Source of the DNA: Opitutia bacterium
GTDB lineage: Bacteria; Verrucomicrobiota; Verrucomicrobiia; Opitutales; Opitutaceae
Assembly: GCA_947478395.1 (NCBI GenBank)
Contig: CANJVR010000003.1
Location: 256,001-320,000 of the forward strand
Direction of reading: 5' to 3'
DNA: 64,000 nt
Part shown: one piece after another, positions 24,028-33,207 of the stretch
Numbering within the stretch: position 1 is the first letter of the stretch
Layout of the letters: the number at the start of each line of letters is the position of its first letter
Made by a program: the position numbers and the translations under genes
Notes under the pieces: generated by a model
Databases searched by the model: none
What the model was told of the DNA's origin: nothing
Seen by the model: the letters and a program-made list of their open reading frames with translations, nothing else

Positions 24028-25659
24028 TCAGAACTTTTCTTCGTCAAACTGCGCGTTGAGGGCATGCGCAATTGTGCGATCGCTGCGACAGCGGGGCATT
24101 TTGCTCTGACCACCCCACTTTCCCTGCGCACGCTGCCAGCGTTCAAAGTGGCCGGAGGGGACCAGCCGCACGAGTGGTTTTTCCAAGCCGCCACCGAGGC
24201 GCTTGGCTTCATAGTCGTCGTTAAGCCGCTGCAGTTCGGCGTCGAGTTCCGTGGCCAGTTGCGCAGCTACGGGCTGGGTCCCAGAGAGTGACTTCAACTC
24301 AAGCCACCATTCGTGCGTGCCACGGACACGACCCGCTGCCGGATCCATGAAAAGAGGCGCCACGTGGAAATTTATCGGCGTGATTTGCTGGCGCCGACAA
24401 ACGGAAGTCAGCGCATCCGTGAGTTCCTTTTCGATCACATGCTCCCCGAAGGCGCTCAGCTGCAGTTTTGTCCGCCCCACGTAGACCAATCGCGGCGGGC
24501 GGATGGAGGTAAAACGCACCACGTCGCCGATCACGTAGCGCGCCAAGCCCGCCGGCGTCGTGAGAAGCAGCACGTAGTCGATGCCCGGCTGTACTCCTTC
24601 GAGCGGTACGACCTTGGGGCCTAATTGCGCGAGACGGTTATCATCGAAATCGGCGAGTGGGAGAAATTCGTAGAAAATCCCGGCGTCGCTCATCAGTCGG
24701 AGACCCGCCTCCGGCTCAGCATCCTGGGTCGCGATAAAAGCCTCAGACGCAGGATACACTTCGTGGAAATTGACGCCGGGACCGAGCGTCGCACGCAGTT
24801 CATCGTAAAACGGTGTGATGGGGACGCCGCCGTGAATGAAACATTCGAAGTCGGGCCAGAGCGATTGCAGCGGCGTGGCACGGGCGGAACGCCGACGAAG
24901 CGCTTCAGCCAGGATCAGCACCCAGCTCGGGATGCCTGCAAGCAGGGAAATATTCAGGGACGCCGTCCGCGCGGCGATGGCGGCAATCTTAGCCGGCCAG
25001 TCATGCATTTGCGCGATGGTGGCGCCGGGCTCATAAAGGTATCGCTCCACCCAGCGCGGAAGATTCAGGGCGGTGATGCCGCTGAGGTCGCCGGCGAATG
25101 CGGCGAAGGGCTTCGATTCCACCATCGGAGTGAGCGTGCTAGCACCGCCGAGAAATAGATGCCGTCCGCGAAAAACGCGGGCGTGTCCAACACGCGCCGT
25201 ATAATAGAACAACGAGTCGAGCCCGCCCCGGCGAAAATGCGCGATCATTTCGCGAGTGATCGGCAGATATTTAGTCCGGCCTGAAGTGGTGCCGGACGAC
25301 ACGGCATAGTGGGCGCAACGCCCCGGCCATAGCACATCAGCCTCACCGCGCTTCATCCGCTCGATCGCCGGTGCAAAATCCTCGTACGTTCGTAACGGTA
25401 CAGCCGATTGAAACCGATCGTAACTCATCCCGCCGGAAATTTCGCCACTACGCCAAAAGGACGTGGCCGCGAATCGCCCGGTGAGTTCACGAAAGGTACG
25501 CTGCTGCTGACTCACGGCGTGGCCGGTCTTAAGTCGGTGCGCGGTGCGGGCGCTCAGAACTCCGGCGCCGATCGCCAGAACTCTTTTAGCCAAGTCCGGC
25601 CTGGCCGGTACCGCAATTAAAGGCCGGGGCCGCAACGTGGAAGCCGCGAAGGCGTTCAT
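24028..25659 (-). CDS. GH3 family acyl-acid amido synthetase-like protein
   Basis: AVSSGTTSGRTKYLP, EVYPASE, RYVIGD, NDDYEAKR, GGQSKMPR. Confidence 0.9.
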   Translation of the reverse strand: MNAFAASTLRPRPLIAVPARPDLAKRVLAIGAGVLSARTAHRLKTGHAVSQQQRTFRELTGRFAATSFWRSGEISGGMSYDRFQSAVPLRTYEDFAPAIERMKRGEADVLWPGRCAHYAVSSGTTSGRTKYLPITREMIAHFRRGGLDSLFYYTARVGHARVFRGRHLFLGGASTLTPMVESKPFAAFAGDLSGITALNLPRWVERYLYEPGATIAQMHDWPAKIAAIAARTASLNISLLAGIPSWVLILAEALRRRSARATPLQSLWPDFECFIHGGVPITPFYDELRATLGPGVNFHEVYPASEAFIATQDAEPEAGLRLMSDAGIFYEFLPLADFDDNRLAQLGPKVVPLEGVQPGIDYVLLLTTPAGLARYVIGDVVRFTSIRPPRLVYVGRTKLQLSAFGEHVIEKELTDALTSVCRRQQITPINFHVAPLFMDPAAGRVRGTHEWWLELKSLSGTQPVAAQLATELDAELQRLNDDYEAKRLGGGLEKPLVRLVPSGHFERWQRAQGKWGGQSKMPRCRSDRTIAHALNAQFDEEKF

Positions 25660-26759
25660 GCGGCCAACCGGGATCCCCGGCTTTTAATCTCGCGGTAGAA
25701 TTTCGCGATGGGCGGAAGGAACTCGGCGTGGTGAAAAATCAACGACGCATGCTGCACCGGGCTTGAGCCGCCGCATACCAATTGGCCGCGCCCCTGCGGA
25801 AAAAACTCCGACAGCGTCGTATCCAGCGCGGCCCGCGTGGGCGAGGATGCGGCCAGTACGGCGTTTTCTTTTTCAGCGTAGAGCACAAGGGCCGGGCGCT
25901 CGCTGAGCGGACGGGGCGAGTCGCCCCACGCAGACAGCGCGGACATTTGATTAAGCGCAGCCACCCGTTCACATGCACCAACAGCTTCGATGGCTTGAAT
26001 TGCGCCGAGCGCGCCGGCGCGAAGCGAACGGAGTTCGTCGGACGACATAAGCGAGCGAAGCGAAGCTTTGTTCCGCGCGCCGGCCTCGAACATTTTGGTG
26101 AAGACCACCCGAGCCTTTTCAATCGCGGCTTGTTCAATGTGCGCCCCCGCATCAATCAAAGGTTTCAGCGCGCGACCCATCAGTGTGCTCGGTTTGGTTT
26201 CACCCGGACCGAGAATGTCAGCGGTGCAGGCAACCGGGCTGACCAACACCACACCTGCGTGGCCCTCCGGGCAGCTTTCAAGACGCGCGCGCCGCAACCA
26301 CTCCAGCACCAGGCCGGCCCCGAAACTAACGCCCAGGATCACCGGACGCTGGCCGTGACGTTCATTAATTTCGTTCACCAAGTCGTCGAGTTGGGCGCAC
26401 ACCAAATCGAGCGAAAAACCGGCCCGGGGATAATTGAAATAATACATGCTGCCTTGCCGCAGGAGAAATTCGCGCAACAGGTAAACCTGTTCCGTCGCAT
26501 CGGGCACGAAGCCGCCGAGCACGATCGTAGGCACCGCGCCGCCGCGTTTTTCGCAGAGCACGCTCGAACGCTGGCGAAGTTCCGCCCGGCCGGAAGTCAG
26601 CAGGAAATTTTGGGCCCCAGTGAACTGTGGGAGATGTGGGCGGGGCGGACTGAATTTGTACGCGGTGCTTCGGAAAAACGTTCGGAGCGGTTGGGGCGGA
26701 GCGAATCGCGTGAAAGCAGTAAACGCGGACCAGGCAGGCGGCAGGAGAAGCGCGGGCAT
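25656..26759 (-). CDS. Alpha/beta-hydrolase fold protein
   Basis: VLGGFVPD, GVSFG nucleophile elbow, C-terminal QHASL His; ATGA overlap with the GH3 gene. Confidence 0.7.
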   Translation of the reverse strand: MPALLLPPAWSAFTAFTRFAPPQPLRTFFRSTAYKFSPPRPHLPQFTGAQNFLLTSGRAELRQRSSVLCEKRGGAVPTIVLGGFVPDATEQVYLLREFLLRQGSMYYFNYPRAGFSLDLVCAQLDDLVNEINERHGQRPVILGVSFGAGLVLEWLRRARLESCPEGHAGVVLVSPVACTADILGPGETKPSTLMGRALKPLIDAGAHIEQAAIEKARVVFTKMFEAGARNKASLRSLMSSDELRSLRAGALGAIQAIEAVGACERVAALNQMSALSAWGDSPRPLSERPALVLYAEKENAVLAASSPTRAALDTTLSEFFPQGRGQLVCGGSSPVQHASLIFHHAEFLPPIAKFYREIKSRGSRLAA

Positions 26760-26910
26760 CCCCCACGACGCCGTGGCGTGGTGACGACTGGCAAAATGAA
26801 AGCGGCGCCGTCACGGAAATGTTGCCCGTACGAAACCAGGACGTGACGCGGGCGACGCAGGATCGCTTTCAGATTGCGGGCGGCGACGCGGGGGCTCCCA
26901 GTGGTGGGCC

Positions 26911-27696
26911 ATGCCGCTTCCGCCCACCCTGCACGAGGACGACACGCTCATCGCCTTCGACAAACCGAGCGGGCTCCTCATCGCGCCCGATCGCTGGGAC
27001 AAAAAAAAAGAAAACCTGATGGGACTCGTGCACGCAAAGTACGGTCACGGCGTCGCCAACGTGCACCGGCTCGACGCCGACACCAGCGGCGTGTTGCTCT
27101 GCGCGAAAACGAAAGTGGCGCTGGATTTCTTGAGCGGACAGTTTCAGTCGAAGACCGTCGGCAAAACCTATCTTGCCTTGGTCGCGGTGTTACCGCCGGA
27201 GCGCGCGATGAAAGTGATCGCGCCTGTGCGTGGGCCGGATGGGACGAGTTTGCCGCCGGAATTTTCCGTGGAGCTCGCGTTGGGTGAAGACGAACGCCAG
27301 CCGGGACGTATGCGGGTTTTCAAGGGTCGCGGCGGCAAGGCGAGCGTCACCGAGTTTCGCGTACGGGAAAACTTCGGCCGATTCGCGTGGATCGAATGCC
27401 GACCGCTGACGGGTCGTACGCACCAAATCCGCGTGCATCTCGCCGCGGCGGGCGCGCCGATCTTAAACGACGTCTTCTACGGCGATCCCGATGTAAAGCT
27501 GCTCCTATCCGATTTGAAGCGACGCTACAAAGGCCGGGACGAAGAGAAGCCGTTAATCGCACGATTAGCACTGCATGCCAGCGAGCTGACCATCAAACAT
27601 CCGACGACCAAAGAGCCGCTCACGATCACCGCGCCCCTGCCACACGAGTTCGAGGTGGCGCTGAAATATCTGCGGAAGTTTGCGGTGATGAAATAG
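26911..27696 (+). CDS. RluA family pseudouridine synthase
   Basis: DKPSGLL, VHRLDADTSG, TGRTHQIRVH, LALHA. Confidence 0.93.
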   Translation: MPLPPTLHEDDTLIAFDKPSGLLIAPDRWDKKKENLMGLVHAKYGHGVANVHRLDADTSGVLLCAKTKVALDFLSGQFQSKTVGKTYLALVAVLPPERAMKVIAPVRGPDGTSLPPEFSVELALGEDERQPGRMRVFKGRGGKASVTEFRVRENFGRFAWIECRPLTGRTHQIRVHLAAAGAPILNDVFYGDPDVKLLLSDLKRRYKGRDEEKPLIARLALHASELTIKHPTTKEPLTITAPLPHEFEVALKYLRKFAVMK

Positions 27697-27952
27697 CTCC
27701 GTGCTGAACGGTAGAATCTTAAAGTAGAAGACGGAGAAAGCTTAACGACCAGAGAGGCGGTAAATTTAGTCGGATGCGTTTCACGCTTTGAACGGGTGGG
27801 CGATATCCGCCGGAGCGCGAGACCGCCCGCCGCGTGCCGGGCCATTTGACCGAGGTCTAAATCCTCCGGTTTTTCGCTATTCAGGCGAACCATGGTCGAC
27901 CATAAGCGCCCCGCCTCGGCCGATCTTTAGCGTTCTTTTCCGCGTGTAAAAA

Positions 27953-28723
27953 TCAGAGCTTCGCCAACGCTTCACCCGCGCGCTTTTTCGCGTCGTCGTC
28001 GTATTTTTGACGCGACGGGAGCGAGAGACTTTTCTCGAACTGGGCCCGCGCTTTTTTATTTTGACCGTCGGCAACGAGCGCAAAACCGAGTTCGAGTTGG
28101 TGGGCGAGTTCACCCGGTTCAAGTTCGACCGCGAGGGAGATTTCTTTCACGGCCTCCGCGGTGGAGGCATCGGGCAGGCCGCCGTAGATGAGGCGCACGA
28201 ACAGACGGGTGGCAGCCCCAAGCGTGGCGACTTCATAATTCCACCGGCCAAGGATATGGTGCGCCCAAGCGTAATTGGGATCGAGGGCCAAGGCCCGTTC
28301 GGCGGCCTCCTTCACGAGACGCGAGTATTTGATTTTCGTGCGCGTGTCGCTGTAGACGCCGAGTTTGCCGTAACAAACGGCGAGCGAGAGGACGTACTCG
28401 GCGTTTTTCGAGTCGAGAGCCACGGCCCGCTGCGAATACTCCAGCGCGATCTGCGCGTACTTTCTGCGATCCTCGTCGGTGGTCAGATCCACGATAAGGT
28501 CGGAATACTGCCGGCTGATTTTTTGGAGAATAAACGCGTCGTTGGGTTGGGCCTGATCGGCGGCGAGGTAGAGTTCCAGAGCGCGGCGGCAGTCGAGTTT
28601 CGTTTCCGCGATGCGCGCGGCGTCGATCAGTGCGCCGGCGTCGGCGGCTTGGAGTTGAGCCGTGGCCAAGAGCAGAAGGAAGGCGACCGGGAGAAGCTTC
28701 CTGAATGGGCCAGCTACGATCAA
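27953..28723 (-). CDS. Exported TPR protein, RMDN/PTPIP51-like; likely TTG start (the open frame extends to 28960)
   Basis: Signal peptide FRKLLPVAFLLLLATAQLQA, TPR helices, AHHILGRWNYEVA..RLFVRLIYGGLP motif reminiscent of RMDN proteins. Confidence 0.7.
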   Translation of the reverse strand: MIVAGPFRKLLPVAFLLLLATAQLQAADAGALIDAARIAETKLDCRRALELYLAADQAQPNDAFILQKISRQYSDLIVDLTTDEDRRKYAQIALEYSQRAVALDSKNAEYVLSLAVCYGKLGVYSDTRTKIKYSRLVKEAAERALALDPNYAWAHHILGRWNYEVATLGAATRLFVRLIYGGLPDASTAEAVKEISLAVELEPGELAHQLELGFALVADGQNKKARAQFEKSLSLPSRQKYDDDAKKRAGEALAKL

Positions 28724-28900
28724 CGCGTGTACCCCGATCAGGAAGTCACCCACGGCGTGACTCCGCTTTCCTGCGGCTTTGCAATACTGGCGCCAAGCGC
28801 GACCGGCTTGATCGGCAGCGTTCCGCCATATCGCGATTATTTTGATATCGAGCTCATCCAGCATGGAGTCGAAGGCGCGTTGGGGATCGAAGCGGACCGC
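28721..28900 (-). pseudogene. Partial PIN-domain (VapC-like) toxin remnant in frame with the TPR gene
   Basis: AADQAGRAWRQYCKAAGKRSHAVGDFLIGVHAL resembles the VapC AG.AW..Y...G......DFLIGAHA segment; the N-terminal DT motif is missing. Confidence 0.6.
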
Positions 28901-28923
28901 TATGACAGCCTGTCCGTCCTCGA

Positions 28924-29934
28924 TCAGGGCTTGCGGAACAGGTAATGACTCACGAGCCATTCCTGGCCGCCGCGGTAGCCCCAGAGTTCAGCGCAACTCA
29001 GGTAGAAAATGCGCCAATACGCCCACCATTTCGTGGCCTGATCGGCGCCGTAGGTTTGGACGAAGATCGGCATGATTTCGGCGCGGTGGGCGTCCATGTT
29101 CTGGAGCCAGTGTTCCGCGGTTTGCTGGTAGTGGCGGCCATTCACTTTCCAGTCCTGGACGAGCTTCAGGTCGTCCTGAAACTGCATAAACAAATCATGC
29201 GCGGGAAACTGGCCCCCAGTGAAAAAATAGCGGCTCATCCAGTCGGTCGAATCGCGCGCGACGAGGTGATAGCTGAAGCGGCTGTGCGTGAAGATGTGCG
29301 TGAACAGTAAACCACCCGGCTTGAGCCAACGCGCGATGTTCGCGAATAGGCGCTGATAGTTTTTGAGATGCTCGAACATTTCAACGGACACCACGCGGTC
29401 GAACTGCCCGGGGGCCGGGTCGAAAACGTTGATGTCGCAGGTCACAATCGTGAGATTGGTTAAGCCCCGGCGCTTGGCTTCGGCGTCGATATATTCCTTC
29501 TGCGTGCGGGAATTCGAAATCGCCGTGATTTGAGAATGCGGAAATTTCTCGGCGTTATAGAGGCAGAGCGAACCCCACCCGCAGCCGAGTTCTAGGATCG
29601 TCTGTCCGTCGACGATTTGCGCGCGCTCAGCGTAAGCCGCGAGCATGAGCTCCTCGGCTTGATTGAGCGTTTCCCGGCCCGTGGGATAGAGGCAGCCGGA
29701 ATACTTCAGGCGTTTGCCCAGACAAAATTGATAGAAGGGCGTGGGGACTTCGTAGTGTTGCTCGTTCGCCGCGGCCATCTGCTCCGCGAGCGGACGGGTT
29801 TTTAGGTCAGCGACGTAGAGCGCACGATCGTAGCGGGCCGTCTCGTCACGGATGCGCTGGGCGAGGAGACGGCGAATGCCAATGCGGATGAGCCAGTCCG
29901 GGAGAAGATTTTTTTCGAGCAGGCGGTCGATCAT
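28924..29934 (-). CDS. SAM-dependent methyltransferase, cfa-related (short type)
   Basis: ANEQHYEVP, LGKRLKYS, LELGCGWGS, SVEMFEH, YFFTGG. Confidence 0.9.
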   Translation of the reverse strand: MIDRLLEKNLLPDWLIRIGIRRLLAQRIRDETARYDRALYVADLKTRPLAEQMAAANEQHYEVPTPFYQFCLGKRLKYSGCLYPTGRETLNQAEELMLAAYAERAQIVDGQTILELGCGWGSLCLYNAEKFPHSQITAISNSRTQKEYIDAEAKRRGLTNLTIVTCDINVFDPAPGQFDRVVSVEMFEHLKNYQRLFANIARWLKPGGLLFTHIFTHSRFSYHLVARDSTDWMSRYFFTGGQFPAHDLFMQFQDDLKLVQDWKVNGRHYQQTAEHWLQNMDAHRAEIMPIFVQTYGADQATKWWAYWRIFYLSCAELWGYRGGQEWLVSHYLFRKP

Positions 29935-29999
29935 AAGCGGAAGTAGTGGGGCGCGGTTGGTGAGTAGTCGAAGGCTCGCTACCTGTTACTCATTCCTCG

Positions 30000-30785
30000 C
30001 TATCGCTTCGGAAACCAAGGGACAAACGCACTCGTGGTTTGCTGGTAGCGACGGTACGCGTCGCCGCGACTGCGGAGGCTTTGTTCTTCGGTCATCGGTA
30101 TGCCTGTTACGCGCAGCAATAAATAAAGGATGCTGGCAGGTCCCACGATCGCGACCCAGCCCCAGGGAGAACCGAGGGCGAACAGGAAATATGCGACCCA
30201 GATGAGCCACTCGAAAAAATAATTCGGATGCCGGCTGAACCGCCAAAGTCCGACGGCGCACACCTGCCCCTTGTTCGCAGGATTACGTTTGAAGGCGGCG
30301 AGCTGGGCGTCGGCCGTGGCTTCGCCGCTGATCGCAACAACCCACAGGATCGCACCCGCAATCTCGAACGGATGCAGGGCCGGCGCGGGGTTCAGACAGG
30401 CGATGAGGAATGCGGCTCCAAGGAACACGACGGACCCGGCCTGCATCTGGAAAAATCCGGCCATCTTAGCGGTGAAATTGGCCGCCCAGTCTTTGCGCAG
30501 CTGTTTATACCGGCCGTCTTCTTCCGGGTGGTGGCCGAGCACGCGGATGGCGAGGTACGTGCCGAGACGGGCACTCCACGTCAGGGCGAGCGCAGCAATC
30601 AGCGCCCGGCGGACCGGCCAGCCCGGGGCCAGCAACGCGTAAAGCAACGCCAGCAGGCCGAAGGCATACGACCACGCGATATCCACGATACCGTAGTTGT
30701 CCATGCGGCGCGCCACGAAATAAAGGATCCCAAACGACGCACAAAGACCGACAAGGGCGAGAGCAACGAGGCTGAGAGGACTCAT
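30000..30785 (-). CDS. DUF1295 / steroid 5-alpha reductase-like membrane protein
   Basis: IVDIAWS, EDGRY, EATADAQL, GLWRFSRHPNYFFEW, TGIPMTE. Confidence 0.88.
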   Translation of the reverse strand: MSPLSLVALALVGLCASFGILYFVARRMDNYGIVDIAWSYAFGLLALLYALLAPGWPVRRALIAALALTWSARLGTYLAIRVLGHHPEEDGRYKQLRKDWAANFTAKMAGFFQMQAGSVVFLGAAFLIACLNPAPALHPFEIAGAILWVVAISGEATADAQLAAFKRNPANKGQVCAVGLWRFSRHPNYFFEWLIWVAYFLFALGSPWGWVAIVGPASILYLLLRVTGIPMTEEQSLRSRGDAYRRYQQTTSAFVPWFPKR

Positions 30786-31399
30786 GGCACAGGATGATCG
30801 GAAGGATCGGTATTTTTCACGGCCACGGCGGCCGCGGCGGCGATGACGGCCTTGGCCGCGGCTTCGGTCCGGACCCGAACAATTTCACGGAGCGTGGTTC
30901 TTGCGCTGTAATAGATGATCGTGATCCAGAGCGGTGCGATCGCGGCCCACACGACGGTGGCGTGGAACACCATCAGCCCGAAGCGGTGCGCGAAAAGTCC
31001 AGGGTCGTGCAGCAACATATTCCACATGAGTTCGACGGAATTTCGCATTCCCAGCCGGACTTGAGGTGCACCGAAGAGTTTGTTGCCCCAATAAAAATAG
31101 TTCGGGATCAGGAAAAGATGCAGCGGCGTGAAAAGCACATTTACCGCCTGGATGATCGGCTGGTTTAGTTTCAGTAAGATGCCGGCCAGCAGGCAGAGCC
31201 ACATCGTGCCAACGAAGGGAAAGTTCGCGAGGGCGCTGCCGACGGCGATGGTGAGCGCGATTTTTTCCGGCGTGATACCCTGTTTTAGCTGAGCGACGAC
31301 CGGACCTACCACCCGACGCTGCCAAAACGTCCCGGCCGGCGCGGGCGGGTTATCCACCGGCCCGGCGACGTTGGGATCGAGAGGGGGAATATCGGCCAC
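30782..31399 (-). CDS. DUF2062-like membrane protein
   Basis: QLKQGITPEKIAL..FPFVG..KLNQPIIQAVN. Confidence 0.7.
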   Translation of the reverse strand: MADIPPLDPNVAGPVDNPPAPAGTFWQRRVVGPVVAQLKQGITPEKIALTIAVGSALANFPFVGTMWLCLLAGILLKLNQPIIQAVNVLFTPLHLFLIPNYFYWGNKLFGAPQVRLGMRNSVELMWNMLLHDPGLFAHRFGLMVFHATVVWAAIAPLWITIIYYSARTTLREIVRVRTEAAAKAVIAAAAAVAVKNTDPSDHPVP

Positions 31400-31412
31400 G
31401 CGACAAAATTTG

Positions 31413-31808
31413 CTAAGCGAGAGCGAGGACCGCAATGCCCAACGAGGCTAGAATAAAGCCGAGCACGCCGGGCCCGTTGCGGCGGACCGTGAACAGCGTC
31501 GTCAACGGCACTTCGCGAGAAACCCCAAACAGCTCGGAGAGGCAGTAGGCGGACATCGCGATGTTGCCGAGCACCATGATCGCGACGAACCAAGCGAGAC
31601 GGGCGAGCAACGTCGTTTGCTTGTAACAGACCCAGACAAAAAACGTGATGAAGCCCCAATAGGTGTCGAACAGCGTGGCGATGAACCACGGGTGAGCGTA
31701 AACTTCCCGCGGGATGGAAAACATCGGGCACTGCGTGCTAGCCCAACTTGTGACGCAGAGCATCGAGCCGATGATGACAATAAAAAGTGCGCGAAGAAAA
31801 AGAAGCAT
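31413..31808 (-). CDS. DUF1475-like membrane protein
   Basis: PWFIATLFDTYWGFITFFVWVCYKQ..LGNIAMSAY. Confidence 0.8.
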   Translation of the reverse strand: MLLFLRALFIVIIGSMLCVTSWASTQCPMFSIPREVYAHPWFIATLFDTYWGFITFFVWVCYKQTTLLARLAWFVAIMVLGNIAMSAYCLSELFGVSREVPLTTLFTVRRNGPGVLGFILASLGIAVLALA

Positions 31809-31914
31809 GAGGGGCGGGGAAGGGGCGGGACGTGAGCAGGCGGGGGACGGAAGAGTTGAAATCTTACCTGGCGAAGTTCGGGTGCTCGCTACTTCCTACC
31901 CACTGCTCGCACCT

Positions 31915-33207
31915 TTAAAAACTGAGATTATTCGCCCGCGTGTGCAGGGTGTGGACGACTGATATATTGCGCAGCGCGAAGGCAGCTTCGCAGTAGCCGA
32001 GATAGTAACTCCACTTGCGAATGAAGCGGTCGTCGAAACCGAGGGCGCGAACTTGCTCGACGCGCGCGCTGAAGTTGTCGTGCCAGATCCGCAGCGTGCG
32101 ACTGTAGTCCTGCCCGAAATCGTCGACGCGATGCAAAACCAGCCCGCCGGCGCGCGCGAGTTGCTCGTTGACGCGATTGAGCGAGAGCAGGAGCGAGCCG
32201 GGAAAAATATGCTTTTGGATGAAATCGATGCCGCGACGAAACTGATCATAGCGATTGTCGGGGCACGTGATGAATTGAAGCGCGAGCAGGCCCTCGGGTT
32301 TCAAACACCGATTGAGCACCGCGGTGAACTCTGGGAGATAGCGGTGCCCGATGGCTTCCATCATTTCAATGGAGACGATCTTGTCGAATTGGCCGGTGAG
32401 GTCGCGATAATCTCGGAATTCCACGCTGACCCGATCGGAAAGGCCGGCGGCGGCGATTCGCTTCTGGGCAAACTCGAGTTGCTCCCGGGAAATAGTGACC
32501 GTCGTGACCCGACAACCGTAGGTGCGAGCGGCGTGGATCGACCAGCCGCCCCAGCCGGTGCCGATTTCAAGGACATGATCGGTCGGTTTGAGCCGGAGCT
32601 GGCGGCAAAGCGCATCGTTTTTCTCCTGCTGCGCCTCCTCGAGCGTAAAGTGGGGCTGCGTCCATTTCGCCGCGGAATACATCATCGACGGATCGAGAAA
32701 GAGCGCGAAGAAGTCGTTCGAGAGATCGTAATGCTCGCTGATGTTACGCTGCGCGGTCGCGCGGGAGTTTGGGCGCAGCAGATGGCCGATCCGGTTGATC
32801 CAGCGGAGGGAATTTAATGCGAACGTCTTGGCCTGGCGTGAGCCGGAGAGAGTGGGCGCGGTATCCGAGTTGAGAATGAAAAACGCGATGACCGCGGTCA
32901 GATCGGGCGTCTCCCAATCGCCGTCGATGTAGGATTCCGCAAATCCGATATCACCGGAGAGCGCGCATTTGGTGAAGAATTTTTCGCGTCGCACATGGAT
33001 ATAAGCGGCGGCCGGGATGGTCAGCGGCAGCGAGCGGCCAAGAGCGTCCGCGTGCGAACCGATGTCGCGCACCGCACCGCCTGGCAGCTCAACGCGAAGG
33101 TGGCCGCGGGTCATTTCTGCAAAAGCGCTAAAGACGGATTCCCTAAAAATGGAGCGTTTCGCATCGACGGGCAGCGCGGCGGAAGTGGTGGCGGATTCGC
33201 GGATCAT
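31915..33207 (-). CDS. cfa: Cyclopropane-fatty-acid synthase family methyltransferase (UfaM-like)
   Basis: GFAESYIDGDW, NISEHYDLSNDFF, LEIGTGWG, SIEMMEAIG, IFPGS, YYLGYCEAAF. Confidence 0.9.
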   Translation of the reverse strand: MIRESATTSAALPVDAKRSIFRESVFSAFAEMTRGHLRVELPGGAVRDIGSHADALGRSLPLTIPAAAYIHVRREKFFTKCALSGDIGFAESYIDGDWETPDLTAVIAFFILNSDTAPTLSGSRQAKTFALNSLRWINRIGHLLRPNSRATAQRNISEHYDLSNDFFALFLDPSMMYSAAKWTQPHFTLEEAQQEKNDALCRQLRLKPTDHVLEIGTGWGGWSIHAARTYGCRVTTVTISREQLEFAQKRIAAAGLSDRVSVEFRDYRDLTGQFDKIVSIEMMEAIGHRYLPEFTAVLNRCLKPEGLLALQFITCPDNRYDQFRRGIDFIQKHIFPGSLLLSLNRVNEQLARAGGLVLHRVDDFGQDYSRTLRIWHDNFSARVEQVRALGFDDRFIRKWSYYLGYCEAAFALRNISVVHTLHTRANNLSF

